Below are positions 10,594-20,744 of a stretch of 64,000 bases of DNA, piece after piece. Under the pieces are notes generated by a model. The model did no database searches, was not told where the DNA came from, and worked only from the letters and a program-made list of their open reading frames with translations. The position numbers and the translations under genes were made by a program. The DNA comes from Bacteroidota bacterium (GTDB taxonomy: Bacteria > Bacteroidota > Bacteroidia > AKYH767-A > OLB10), in NCBI GenBank assembly GCA_024638565.1, contig JAHEKC010000003.1, positions 1,285-65,284 on the forward strand. The letters are read 5' to 3'. Numbering within the stretch: the first letter of the stretch is position 1; every line of letters starts with the position of its first letter.

Positions 10594-12219
10594 GTGAGGG
10601 CCACACCTATTCATAAATTATTTTCTATAAATTCAGACATCATGGAATTCGGACAAGATATGGTCTTCTCTACAGGCATACCCGCGGTAGCGGGTTTGCT
10701 GGTTGGCGGGCTGGTGATATGGCTGCTGATGCGGAAGTCAAACCGCAACAAGGAGCAGGCCGCCCAGGCACGGGCGGATGGGATTATCAAGCAGGCGGAA
10801 GCGAAAGGGGAGGTCATCCTCAAGGATAAAGAGATGAAAGCGCGCGATCGCTTCTACAAGCTCAAGAACGAGCATGAGAAGATGATCGCTTCCAAGGATA
10901 AGGCCATCCAGATGGCAGGCAACAGGGTCAAGCAGAAGGAATCGAACATTTCGCAGAAAATGGAGAAGCTGTCGCGACAGCAGAACCAGCTCGATGCCGC
11001 CCAGCAGAACCTGAAAGACCAGCGCGAGGCCATCGAACAAAGAAAAAAGGAAATGGACAGGCTGCACGAGCAGCAGGTGGTTGCACTTGAAAAGATTTCC
11101 GGCCTTTCGGTCGCCGACGCCAAGGCCGAGCTGGTGGAAGCGCTGAAGGCGGAGGCCAAGACGAATGCACAGGCATCCATCAAGGATATCGTGGAGGAGG
11201 CAAGGCTGACCGCCGGCAAGGATGCCAAGCGTATCGTGATCCAGACCATCCAGCGGGTGGCCACCGAGCATGCCATCGAGAATTCAGTGACGGTCTTCAA
11301 CATCGAGAATGACGAGGTGAAGGGCCGGATCATCGGCCGTGAAGGCCGCAACATCCGTGCACTGGAAGCCGCCACGGGTATCGAGATTATCGTGGACGAC
11401 ACCCCGGAAGCGATCGTGCTTTCCGGTTTCGACCCGGTGCGCCGGGAGCTGGCACGCCTGGCGCTGCACCAGCTGGTTAGCGACGGGCGTATCCACCCGG
11501 GCCGTATCGAGGAGGTGGTGAACAAGGTGCGCAAGCGGCTGGAAGAGGAGATCATCGAAACGGGAAAACGTACTTGCATAGACCTGGGCATCCACGGGCT
11601 GGCACCCGAGCTGATCCGGCTGGTGGGTAAGATGAAGTACCGGTCGTCATACGGACAGAACCTGCTGCAGCATTCCCGGGAGGTGGCCAACCTCTGCGCC
11701 ATCATGGCTTCGGAGTTGGGGCTGAACCAGAAGTTTGCCAAGCGGGCAGGCCTGTTGCATGACATCGGGAAGGTGCCCGACGACCAGCCCGAATTGCCGC
11801 ATGCCATCCTGGGCATGAAGCTTGCCGAAAAGCACAAGGAAAACCCGGAGGTGTGCAATGCCATTGGCGCGCATCATGACGAGGTGGAGATGAACAGCCT
11901 GATTTCACCCATCATCCAGGTTTGTGACGGGATTTCCGGTTCACGGCCCGGCGCCCGGCGTGAGATCGTGGAGCAATACATCAAGCGGCTCAAGGACCTT
12001 GAATCACTGGCGCTGTCCTACAAGGGGGTGGAAAAGGCCTTCGCCATACAAGCAGGCAGGGAACTGCGTGTGGTGGTGGAGAGCGAGAAGATCGACGACC
12101 GGCAGTCGGAAGCATTGTCCTTCGACATCGCGCATAAGATCCAGACCGAAATGACGTACCCGGGCCAGGTGAAAGTAACCGTGATCCGCGAAACGCGCTC
12201 GGTAAACTTCGCCAAATAA
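10594..12219 (+). CDS. rny: Ribonuclease Y (N-terminal TM helix, KH domain, HD domain).
   Basis: [22 protein letters not shown] (KH) and HDIGK...AHHDEVE (HD). The true start is probably the ATG at 10642 or 10660 ([29 protein letters not shown]), not the first in-frame ATG. Confidence 0.85.
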   Translation: MRATPIHKLFSINSDIMEFGQDMVFSTGIPAVAGLLVGGLVIWLLMRKSNRNKEQAAQARADGIIKQAEAKGEVILKDKEMKARDRFYKLKNEHEKMIASKDKAIQMAGNRVKQKESNISQKMEKLSRQQNQLDAAQQNLKDQREAIEQRKKEMDRLHEQQVVALEKISGLSVADAKAELVEALKAEAKTNAQASIKDIVEEARLTAGKDAKRIVIQTIQRVATEHAIENSVTVFNIENDEVKGRIIGREGRNIRALEAATGIEIIVDDTPEAIVLSGFDPVRRELARLALHQLVSDGRIHPGRIEEVVNKVRKRLEEEIIETGKRTCIDLGIHGLAPELIRLVGKMKYRSSYGQNLLQHSREVANLCAIMASELGLNQKFAKRAGLLHDIGKVPDDQPELPHAILGMKLAEKHKENPEVCNAIGAHHDEVEMNSLISPIIQVCDGISGSRPGARREIVEQYIKRLKDLESLALSYKGVEKAFAIQAGRELRVVVESEKIDDRQSEALSFDIAHKIQTEMTYPGQVKVTVIRETRSVNFAK

Positions 12220-12249
12220 GGAACGGGGCGGATACCGCCTTCCGCAGAC

Positions 12250-13539
12250 ATGATACCCAGGCAACGGTGGCTATCGGATTTTTCGAAAAACGTCTTCCGG
12301 TTGTCCGCCGGCTCCATGGTAGGGCAGGCCCTTACGTTGCTCATGGCGCCGCTGCTCACCCGCCTGTTCACACCGGCGGATATGGGCATCCTGTCCGTAT
12401 ATCTTTCCGTTGCGTCCCTCTTCCTGGTATTCAGCACCGGCAAGTACGAACTTGCCGTTCCGCTGCCGCGTGATGACGAGTCGGCGCTGGGACTTGCATC
12501 CCTCGCGCTGCGTGTGGCGGTGGTGGTTTCCGCCTTTGTGTTGCTCGGCTCTGTCTTGTACGGGATGTTCTTCGGCGGCTGGGCGCAAAACCCGGAACTC
12601 GACACCTGGATATGGTTCATGAGCATATCCGTGTTCTCCCTGTCAGCGACACAGGTTTGCATTCATATCCTGCTGCGGCGTAAACAATTCGTACCACTTT
12701 CAAGGGTGCGTGTGGTGGAGGCCTTTTTTATGAATGTGCTGCCTGCACTCATATATAAGATCGGTCATGTGGCATTGCTCGTGGCCACCCTGGCGGCACA
12801 TTTCCTTTCATTCACCTACCTGTATGCGGCGGCCTCCCGCCATGTCGGCCGCCTGCGGAGCAAGATCCGTGCGGCGACCGTGGGCTCCGTGGCACGCGCT
12901 TATGCCGACTTCCCCCGGAACAATATCCTGCAGTCCTTTACGGATATGTTCCAGGTGAACGGTCTCGTGTTCCTGATCCCGGCTGTCACGGGAAACCTGG
13001 CGCTGGCAGGCCTGTACGGGCTGGCCATCAGGATCCTCCAGGCGCCCCTGTGGATCGTGGTGAACCCCATCGCACAGGTGTTCTATTCCGAGGCGGCGCG
13101 GCATGAAAGCGGGAGCGCTGACACGCGACGGCTCCTGGGCAAGGCCCTGTCACGCACCGCCCTGCTAACGCTGCCTGTACCCGTGGTGTTGCTGGCAGCG
13201 GGTCCGCAATTGTTCTCATTTGTATTCGGCGAGGAGTGGCATGATGCGGGAATGATTGCCCGTATCGTCAGCCCCTGGCTTTATCTCGACTACTTGCGCA
13301 CCACCGCTGTGCGGGCGGTCATCATCCGCCGGCGCCAGCATACCCTGCTGCGGTTTTCACTCGTCGCCAATATCCTGCTTGCCGGAGCGTTCCTTGCCGG
13401 TACACCGCTTGGCCTGGGTTTTCATGGCAGCCTGGTCGCCGTGTCCGTATCGCAGTCGGCCATGGCACTTGTCATACTCGCATGGGCCCTGTCCCTGAAA
13501 GGCCATTCCGGATCCGATGAAAGCCGCGATGAAGGTTAA
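12250..13539 (+). CDS. Wzx-type oligosaccharide flippase (MOP superfamily polysaccharide biosynthesis protein).
   Basis: A 429-aa multi-TM protein. The N-terminus NVFRLSAGSMVGQALTLLMAPLLTRLFTPADMGILSVY is typical of Wzx/polysaccharide biosynthesis proteins. Confidence 0.65.
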   Translation: MIPRQRWLSDFSKNVFRLSAGSMVGQALTLLMAPLLTRLFTPADMGILSVYLSVASLFLVFSTGKYELAVPLPRDDESALGLASLALRVAVVVSAFVLLGSVLYGMFFGGWAQNPELDTWIWFMSISVFSLSATQVCIHILLRRKQFVPLSRVRVVEAFFMNVLPALIYKIGHVALLVATLAAHFLSFTYLYAAASRHVGRLRSKIRAATVGSVARAYADFPRNNILQSFTDMFQVNGLVFLIPAVTGNLALAGLYGLAIRILQAPLWIVVNPIAQVFYSEAARHESGSADTRRLLGKALSRTALLTLPVPVVLLAAGPQLFSFVFGEEWHDAGMIARIVSPWLYLDYLRTTAVRAVIIRRRQHTLLRFSLVANILLAGAFLAGTPLGLGFHGSLVAVSVSQSAMALVILAWALSLKGHSGSDESRDEG

Positions 13540-14857
13540 GACCTGGGCAGTACCCGCCATGCTGGCTGCCGCCTATATAGGGCCCGGGATCAGTTATGGC
13601 AAGCTTTACCTGTTTCATCCGTTGCTGTTGCTTGCCGCTGCCGTCTTACTGGCCATCCCGCGGCAGCGCAAAGAACTGCAGGCCGCCATGCTGAGGCCTT
13701 CCGCAACGTGGTATGTGGTGCCGCTGCTGCTGATAAGCACAGCCTGGTTTGCCCTTTCGCTCCTGTGGGCCGGCAATACAAATTACGGTGCCAGGTATAT
13801 CGTATTTCTGCTGATGGGCTTCGGGCTGGTGGCCATGATGCAGACTTACGTCAACAGCGGCGAGCGCCTCCATGCGGTGGTCCGTGTGTTGTGCCTGGTG
13901 TTTCTGACGGAGATGTCGGTGGGCCTGCTGGAAGCTCTGACGCCATTCAGGTGGCCGGTATCCCGTTATTCAGCTGTGGCCGGCCTGTTCGGAAGAGCCA
14001 ACGACTATGCATTCCTTTCCGAGGATCCCTATGCCAGGGCATTTGTGGATGCTTCCCCAACGGGTTTTGCCTGGAATTCAAATAACTTCTCCGTTACCAT
14101 ATCCCTTTTCTTCCCGTTCTTCCTTTTGCTTCGTAACCGGTGGCTGGCCGTCACCGGCATGCTTTCCATCCTGTTTCTCATCCTGATGGCAGGTTCCCGC
14201 ATATCCTTCCTTACCTGCGCTTTCGTGTCATTGCTTGCCATCCCGTTGGCAGGAAGGTGGGTTCGCAGGCGTGCAATGATGATCTTCTTTTCCGTTATCA
14301 TGCTTTCAACGGGGTTCTTCACCCTGCAGCCCACAGGTATTGCAAAGGTGGACGAGATCTATATCGTCCGCAGCGATGCATCTATTTTTGACAGGCGTTT
14401 CAGGATACGGTCCGAATATTCACGCGCCACACGCCTCGAACTTTTCAGGGACGGATGGTCTGCGCTGGCCGGATCACGCGGCATCGGCATCGGGGGAGGA
14501 AATTTCCAGCATTACCGTGAATCACGTGCCGCACCCGGTGAAAAGGTGGTGGCCAGCCTTCATAACTTCTGGTTCGAGGTAATGGTGGAAGGCGGCGTGG
14601 CCTATGCGCTGCTGTATTATGGCTGGTGGCTCATGCTGTTGTCCGCGCTGCGCAGGCGGCTGAAAGCTTGTGCCGACACGCACCTGGCCTATATCACGCA
14701 GGGTGCGCTGCTGTCCATGCTGGTATTCGGCATCAGCGCGATATCGCTCAGTGGAGCCGTATATTACCTGCCCATGTACCTGCTGCTTGGATTTGTCCTT
14801 TCCGTGCTGAAAGTACACGCACTCACCAATGAAAATTCTCCTGCTGTCGGACGCTAA
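13517..14857 (+). CDS. O-antigen polymerase/ligase family (Wzy_C-like) membrane protein.
   Basis: A 446-aa protein with about 10-12 TM segments and a large loop containing ...GSRGIGIGGGNFQHY... It overlaps the upstream gene by 23 bp. Confidence 0.55.
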   Translation: MKAAMKVKTWAVPAMLAAAYIGPGISYGKLYLFHPLLLLAAAVLLAIPRQRKELQAAMLRPSATWYVVPLLLISTAWFALSLLWAGNTNYGARYIVFLLMGFGLVAMMQTYVNSGERLHAVVRVLCLVFLTEMSVGLLEALTPFRWPVSRYSAVAGLFGRANDYAFLSEDPYARAFVDASPTGFAWNSNNFSVTISLFFPFFLLLRNRWLAVTGMLSILFLILMAGSRISFLTCAFVSLLAIPLAGRWVRRRAMMIFFSVIMLSTGFFTLQPTGIAKVDEIYIVRSDASIFDRRFRIRSEYSRATRLELFRDGWSALAGSRGIGIGGGNFQHYRESRAAPGEKVVASLHNFWFEVMVEGGVAYALLYYGWWLMLLSALRRRLKACADTHLAYITQGALLSMLVFGISAISLSGAVYYLPMYLLLGFVLSVLKVHALTNENSPAVGR

Positions 14858-15932
14858 CTCCGCGCATACCCGTAAATGGTGCGAAGCCCTGCGTGCACGG
14901 GGTGCGGAGGTGGGTGTGTTTTCCCTGGGCCACCCGCGTGACGACTGGTTCGGCCGTCCGGGCATGGTTCTTTATTCAGCCGGCATGGACCCCGCACGGC
15001 ATGGAGAATCTTCGCCCGGTAAAATTATTTACCTGAAAGCATTGCCAGGTTTGCGGAAAGCCATCAGGGCATTCGGGCCGGACATCGTGCATGCACACTA
15101 CGCAACCAGCTACGGGCTCCTGGGTGCCCTCAATGGTTTCCGGCCATATGTCGTTTCCAGCTGGGGCAGCGACGTCGCCGCCTTTCCCGGCAAGAGCTTC
15201 CTTCACCGCACCCTGCTGAAGTACGTATTCCGCAAGGCGGACCGCTTGTTCGTCACCAGCGCGGAAATCGCAAGGGTGATGCGACCCCTTACAGCTAAGA
15301 AACCGGTGGTCACGCCGTTTGGCATCGATGTGGATGCCTTTTCTCCCGGCAACGGCACGCCGGGTGAAAGGCTGACGGTGGGAACGGTAAAATCGCTTGA
15401 AAGGATTTACCGGATGGACGTGCTTATCCGGGCATTTCAACAGGCAAGGATTAATATGGACGGTAAGCACCTTACACTGCTCATCGTCGGGGAGGGTAGT
15501 GAACACGGGAAACTGGCAGATCTCGTTCGTGAACTGAAGCTGGAGGATGCGGTTTCGTTCAGGGGCTACGTGGACCCTTCGCGGGTGGCATCATGCCATC
15601 AGGAGATCGATATATTTGTGAACGTACCGGAATACGAAAGTTTCGGCGTCTCCGTACTGGAATCCATGGCCTGCGGCAACCCTGTGGTCGTAAGCAGGAC
15701 CGGCGGCCTGAAAGACCTTGTGACCGACAAAGTCAACGGGCTGGTGGTGGAACCCGGCAGCGTGGATGAAACCGCCCGTGCGATCACCACCCTTGCCCGT
15801 GACCCGGCATTGCGCGGCAGGCTGGGCAGGGAGGCGCGGAAAACAGTGCAGAAACATTATGACATGAAAAAGAACATGGATGCCGTGATGGACCATTACC
15901 GCCAACTGGCAGGACAGGAGGACGCGGGCTAA
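14829..15932 (+). CDS. Family 4 glycosyltransferase.
   Basis: EYESFGVSVLESMACGNPVVVSRTGGLKDLV (E-x7-E motif). It overlaps the previous gene by 29 bp. Confidence 0.8.
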   Translation: MKILLLSDANSAHTRKWCEALRARGAEVGVFSLGHPRDDWFGRPGMVLYSAGMDPARHGESSPGKIIYLKALPGLRKAIRAFGPDIVHAHYATSYGLLGALNGFRPYVVSSWGSDVAAFPGKSFLHRTLLKYVFRKADRLFVTSAEIARVMRPLTAKKPVVTPFGIDVDAFSPGNGTPGERLTVGTVKSLERIYRMDVLIRAFQQARINMDGKHLTLLIVGEGSEHGKLADLVRELKLEDAVSFRGYVDPSRVASCHQEIDIFVNVPEYESFGVSVLESMACGNPVVVSRTGGLKDLVTDKVNGLVVEPGSVDETARAITTLARDPALRGRLGREARKTVQKHYDMKKNMDAVMDHYRQLAGQEDAG

Positions 15933-15935
15933 GCC

Positions 15936-17021
15936 ATGATGAAGATCGTAACCGTTGTCGGCGCCCGGCCGCAACTCGTCAAGGCTGCCGTGGTAAGCCG
16001 CATCATCGCCTCGCACGATGGCATGGAAGAGGTGCTGGTGCATACGGGGCAGCATTTCAGCGGCAACATGTCGGATGTCTTTTTCCGTGAAATGGAAATC
16101 CCGGAACCCAAACATCACCTCGGCGTGCATTCGCTGCCTCATGGCGCCATGACCGGCAGGATGCTCGAGGGAATCGAGAAAGTACTTACGGACGAGCAGC
16201 CTGATTTCCTGCTTGTATACGGAGATACGAATTCCACCATCGCCGGCGCGCTGGCGGCACGGAAGATGTTCATCCCCGTGGTGCACGTGGAGGCGGGGCT
16301 CCGCAGCCATAACATGCGCATGCCTGAAGAGATCAACCGGATCCTGACGGACCGTATCTCCGATATCCTGTGCTGTCCCACGGAGACCGCCGTGCGGAAC
16401 CTGCATGCGGAAGGTTTTGAGCGGTTTCCCTGCGTCATTTCACGTACCGGTGACGTCATGCAGGATGCGGCCATGTATTACGCGGAAAAAGCCGCCGGTC
16501 GGTCCGGCATCATGAAGGAGATTGGTGATGACCCGTTTATCCTGTGTACGCTGCACCGCCAGGAGAATACTGACGATGCAGCACGGTTGAAGGATATCCT
16601 GGAAGGACTTCGTACGGTACATGAAAAGAAAAGGGTGATCATGCCGCTGCACCCCCGCACGGCCAAGGTGACGGCAACCCTCGGGGTGAAGGTCCCGGTA
16701 AATACCATCGACCCGGTGGGTTACCTTGACATGATCGAATTGATCAGGCACAGCGACCTGGTGATAACCGACAGCGGCGGGCTGCAAAAGGAAGCGTTTT
16801 TCTTCGGTAAGCATTGCATCACCATGCGTGACGAAACGGAATGGACCGAGCTGGTGGAACATGGCTATAACAAGTTGTCCGGTACCACACCGGATGGAAT
16901 CCGTGGGGCCGTCGAGGAAATGAGCGGCAGGGAAAGTGATTTCAATATCGACCTCTACGGGCAGGGTCGCGCGGGGGAACGGATTGCCGCCCTGCTGGAA
17001 AAGGCATCGGCCAAAAGCTAG
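15936..17021 (+). CDS. wecB: UDP-N-acetylglucosamine 2-epimerase (non-hydrolysing).
   Basis: MKIVTVVGARPQLVKAAVV...HTGQHFSGNMSDVFF...GDTNSTIAGALAA...HVEAGLRS. Confidence 0.85.
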   Translation: MMKIVTVVGARPQLVKAAVVSRIIASHDGMEEVLVHTGQHFSGNMSDVFFREMEIPEPKHHLGVHSLPHGAMTGRMLEGIEKVLTDEQPDFLLVYGDTNSTIAGALAARKMFIPVVHVEAGLRSHNMRMPEEINRILTDRISDILCCPTETAVRNLHAEGFERFPCVISRTGDVMQDAAMYYAEKAAGRSGIMKEIGDDPFILCTLHRQENTDDAARLKDILEGLRTVHEKKRVIMPLHPRTAKVTATLGVKVPVNTIDPVGYLDMIELIRHSDLVITDSGGLQKEAFFFGKHCITMRDETEWTELVEHGYNKLSGTTPDGIRGAVEEMSGRESDFNIDLYGQGRAGERIAALLEKASAKS

Positions 17022-17024
17022 CGC

Positions 17025-18245
17025 ATGCGGGTGATCATCCTCACGCAGTACTTTCCGCCTGAAACGGGAGCGCCCCAAAACAGGTTGTGGGCGCTGGCCC
17101 GCGGGTTTGCAAAGCGCGGCGCGCGGGTGACCGTTCTCACCGCCATGCCCAACTATCCGGCCATGAAGGTGATGGAAGGGTACAGGGGAAAGTGGTTTAT
17201 GAAAGAATCCATGGACGGCATCACCGTGCACCGGGCATGGATCCACACATCGGCACGCGGCGGGATGCTGCGGCGTCTTGCCAGCTATTTCTCCTTCGTA
17301 CTGACCTCCCTGCTGGCCGGCCTGAAGCTTCCGCGTGCCGATTACCTTCTCTGCGAGTCGCCGCCCCTGTTCCTGGGATGGTCCGCTTGGATTCTGAGCA
17401 GGCTGAAAGGCGCGAAGATGATTTTTAATATCTCGGACCTCTGGCCCGAAAGCGCGGAGAAGCTCGGGCTGGTGAAAAACAGGACCGCGCTCGGGCTGGC
17501 GCGCTGGCTGGAGATGTTCCTGTACCGGAAGTCGTTCATGGTGACCGGGCAGACACAGGGCATCGTGGACAATATCGCGGGACGTGTTTCGGGTCCGCAG
17601 GTGTACTGGCTTCCGAACGGGGCCGACTTTCCGGATCATGGGAAAGCACATGACGGTGCCTCATGGCGCCGGGAAGCCGGCTACGGGGTAGAAGACTTCC
17701 TGTTTCTCTACGCCGGCATCATAGGGCATGCCCAGGGACTGGAAGTCGTGCTGCACGCGGCGAAAAAGGTGCCTGATGGGGTGAAGTTCATCCTGCTTGG
17801 TGACGGGCCGGAAAAGGAAAGGCTGGTTAACCTGAAATCAGAGATCCGGGCGGACAACGTGGCATTCATGGATCCCGTACCCAAAACGGAGATGCCGCGC
17901 ATTCTCGCCGGCGCGGATGCCGGTATTGTCCCGCTGCGCAACCTGCCGCTCTTCCGCGGCGCCATCCCCTCGAAGATCTTCGAGCTGATGGTCATGAAAA
18001 AACCCATCCTGCTTGGGGTGGACGGGGAGGCGCGCCGGCACTTCATCGACCGCGCCGGCGCCGGATTGTTTTTTACACCCGGCGACACGGAAGATCTTTC
18101 AGCCAGGGTGCGGGACATGATTGCAGACCGTGCGCACATGCGGGAAATGGGACTGAACGGACATGCCTATGCACGCGAACATTTTGACAGGCAGAAGATC
18201 ACCGGTGCCTTTTACAGCCAGCTGGAGGGGGCGTTGCATGGGTAA
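17025..18245 (+). CDS. Family 4 glycosyltransferase, WbuB-like (N-acetyl-hexosamine transferase type).
   Basis: MRVIILTQYFPPETGAPQNRLWALARGFAKRGARVTVLT is a WbuB-like N-terminus, and a GT4 C-terminal domain follows. Confidence 0.75.
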   Translation: MRVIILTQYFPPETGAPQNRLWALARGFAKRGARVTVLTAMPNYPAMKVMEGYRGKWFMKESMDGITVHRAWIHTSARGGMLRRLASYFSFVLTSLLAGLKLPRADYLLCESPPLFLGWSAWILSRLKGAKMIFNISDLWPESAEKLGLVKNRTALGLARWLEMFLYRKSFMVTGQTQGIVDNIAGRVSGPQVYWLPNGADFPDHGKAHDGASWRREAGYGVEDFLFLYAGIIGHAQGLEVVLHAAKKVPDGVKFILLGDGPEKERLVNLKSEIRADNVAFMDPVPKTEMPRILAGADAGIVPLRNLPLFRGAIPSKIFELMVMKKPILLGVDGEARRHFIDRAGAGLFFTPGDTEDLSARVRDMIADRAHMREMGLNGHAYAREHFDRQKITGAFYSQLEGALHG

Positions 18246-19437
18246 GGGAGCCTCCTATCCAGCCATGCGGTTCTGGCTGTGTGCTGTGGCGCTGTGTCTC
18301 CCGCTCGCCCCCCGGCTGCTGCCGGCACTCATCGTGCTCATGGCCATCGCCTGGATCCGCGAAGGCGGTTACCGTGGCCTGGCAGGCGCCATGCGCATGG
18401 CTGCCCCGTGGCTGTTCACGGGATACTTTTTACTGCACCTTGCCGGGATGGCATGGTCGGACAACCAGGGGCACGGCTGGAATGACGTGGTGATGAAGCT
18501 AAGCTTCCTGGTGATGCCGTTGTTGCTGATCGGTACGGGGCACGATACACGCGAGGGCATCTTGCGTTGGTTTATCACGGGTTGTGTGGTGCTGGTCCTT
18601 TTCCTGTCTGTGCGTGCAGGCTGGTACAGCGTACGGGAGGGATCCCTGTCGCCGTTCGCCTATACCCGTTTCGCAAGCTTTCATCATCCTTCATACCTCG
18701 CCATGTACCTGAACTTTGCCGTGGCAGCCTGCCTGCATGCGGTCCTTTGCCGGCAGGGCAGACCATGGATCCTGGGATCCGCGGCAGTTTTATGTTCGGC
18801 TGGCATCATGCTGCTGGCGTCTAAAACGGGAATCGGCATCCTGGCCGCTACATGCATTGTTAGCATGGTGGTGCTGTTGAGACGGCGCAGGGTGCGGGCG
18901 GCCCTGTTGTTTATCCTGCTGCCCTCCGCGCTGCTGGCCGGCGATTACGCCATTTCAGGTGCAGGCTGGTCGCGGCTGGTATTCATGAAAAACGTGATCA
19001 GTGAAATAGGCCGGTATAAATACTCATCGGAAAGTACGCTTGTCAGGCTGTACATCTGGAAGGCGGGAGTGGAGGTCTGGCAGGAGAAGCCTGTGCTGGG
19101 CACCGGCACCGGCGATGTAAAGGATGCACTCGTGGAGAAATACAAACAGGAAAAAATGCTCGCTGCCCGCGATGCGAGGCTGAATGCCCATAACCAGTAC
19201 CTGCAGACTGCCATCGCGCTGGGCGGCGTGGGCTTGCTTGTCCTGTGCGGGTCGCTTGTCGTCCCTGCCATCCGATCAATGCAAACCGGTGATGGCCTGT
19301 ACCTGTCGTTCCTTGGTATCCTGGCGCTGAGCCTTGTTTTCGAATCGATGTTCGAACGCCAGGCTGGCATTGTATTCTACGGATTCTTTAACGCGCTGAT
19401 GTTTTACAGCATGACGGGAATTCGAAAAGATGGGTGA
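18237..19437 (+). CDS. O-antigen ligase (WaaL/Wzy_C) family membrane protein.
   Basis: The ORF 18163..19437 has its likely start at ATG 18237, overlapping the upstream stop (ATGGGTAAGG). Multi-TM, with the periplasmic loop ...ARLNAHNQYLQTAIALGGVGLLVL characteristic of the O-antigen ligase domain. Confidence 0.6.
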
Positions 19438-20104
19438 ACAGGAGGATATAAGGCAGCGGTATGCCCGGCGCAAGGACGCGGGCATATCCAGGTTGTATGA
19501 TCCGGCTTCGGCATACACCAGGCATGTGGTGGCCGAGCGGGAAGCGGTATATGAAAAGATCCTGCGTGAACGGTTCAGCGACCTGCACCGGGTGCGGATG
19601 CTGGAAGTTGGTGCCGGGACAGGAGGAAACCTGCCTTTTTTCATGCGGCTGGGTATCCCGGTTGAAAACATCTTTGCCAATGAGCTGCTGGAAGACAGGC
19701 TGGTGGATCTGAAGCGGGTAATTCCGCCGGCACAGGTCACGGGCGGTGATGCACGCGCACTTGCATACGTCGGCGAGTTCGATCTGGTATTCCAGTCAAC
19801 GGTTTTCACCTCTGTCCTTGACGACCGTTTTAAACGCGAGCTTGCAGAGCGCTTGTGGACATGCACGCGACCCGGGGGCATGATCTTGTGGTACGATTTT
19901 ACCTACGACAATCCCCGCAACCCCGATGTGAAGGGTGTGCCTGTCCGTGAAATCAGAAGCCTTTTTCCCGGTGCGCCGGTGGTGACGCATCGGGTGACGG
20001 TTGCCCCGCCGATCGGGCGGAGGATCGGCCGCCTGTACCACACCGTGAATACCCTGTTTCCGTTTTTGAGAACGCATGTCGTGGCCGGAATCTACAAGGA
20101 CTGA
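19430..20104 (+). CDS. Class I SAM-dependent methyltransferase.
   Basis: Motif I LEVGAGTGGNLPFF. It overlaps the upstream gene by 8 bp. Confidence 0.7.
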   Translation: MGEQEDIRQRYARRKDAGISRLYDPASAYTRHVVAEREAVYEKILRERFSDLHRVRMLEVGAGTGGNLPFFMRLGIPVENIFANELLEDRLVDLKRVIPPAQVTGGDARALAYVGEFDLVFQSTVFTSVLDDRFKRELAERLWTCTRPGGMILWYDFTYDNPRNPDVKGVPVREIRSLFPGAPVVTHRVTVAPPIGRRIGRLYHTVNTLFPFLRTHVVAGIYKD

Positions 20105-20106
20105 AA

Positions 20107-20652
20107 ATGGCCACCAGCGGAAATATCAGGGACCGGCTGAAGATGGAAACTTCGCGGTTGCATTTACGCCCGTTCGAAATTTCAGATGCCGCCGAACTGT
20201 ATGCCCTTAACGCCGATCCGGAGGTGATCCGATACACATGCGACCCGCCGTTCGCGAGCAAAGACGAAGCCGCCGCCCTTGTTTCAGGGTATGACCAGTA
20301 TGATACGCATGGCATGGGCAGGCTGTCCGTATTGCTGAAACAGACCGGCGCATGGCTGGGTTGGTGTGGCCTGAAATACCACCCGGAGAACGAAATGGTG
20401 GAACTGGGATTCCGGTTTCACCGGCGTTACTGGGGAAACGGGTACGCGACGGAATCTGCAAGGGCATGCCTATCATACGGGTTCGGGACAGGGCTTCAAA
20501 CTATTGCGGCAAGGACGGTGGCTGCCAACAAGGCGTCGATTCGCGTGCTTGAGCGCCTGGGCATGAAACCCGCCGGCACCGGGAACTTTCACGGGATGGA
20601 CGGAAGGGTGTTCAGGTTAAGCAGGGAGGATTTTTTATCCAGGCAGAAATAG
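20107..20652 (+). CDS. GNAT family N-acetyltransferase (RimJ/RimL-like).
   Basis: LRPFEISDAAELYALNADPEVIRYT...GYATESARACLSYGF. Confidence 0.75.
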   Translation: MATSGNIRDRLKMETSRLHLRPFEISDAAELYALNADPEVIRYTCDPPFASKDEAAALVSGYDQYDTHGMGRLSVLLKQTGAWLGWCGLKYHPENEMVELGFRFHRRYWGNGYATESARACLSYGFGTGLQTIAARTVAANKASIRVLERLGMKPAGTGNFHGMDGRVFRLSREDFLSRQK

Positions 20653-20694
20653 CAAGGGAGATGGATTGCTATTGGTGGCCGTTCAGGGTTTAAA

Positions 20695-20712
20695 GTTGTT
20701 GAATTGTTGAGG
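20695..20712. repeat. Short heptamer-period repeat (GTTGTTGAATTGTTGAGG).
   Basis: Seen in the sequence. It is related to the TGTTGAAC array at 46016..46049. Confidence 0.4.
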
Positions 20713-20744
20713 ATGCCGCCATTGCATCCAGGGAATACGCATTA

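Noticed and set aside
10854-11864. 336-aa minus-strand ORF inside rny.
   Set aside because: Antisense to RNase Y. Ser/Ala/Cys low-complexity translation with no domain signal.
15591-16406. 271-aa minus-strand ORF inside the GT4/wecB region.
   Set aside because: Antisense to wecB. His/Arg-rich nonsense composition.
16440-17651. 403-aa ORF on the minus strand spanning wecB and the WbuB-like GT4 gene.
   Set aside because: It is antisense to two well-supported genes. Its composition is Arg/Gly/Pro/His-rich with no motifs, typical of a spurious open frame in ~60% GC DNA.
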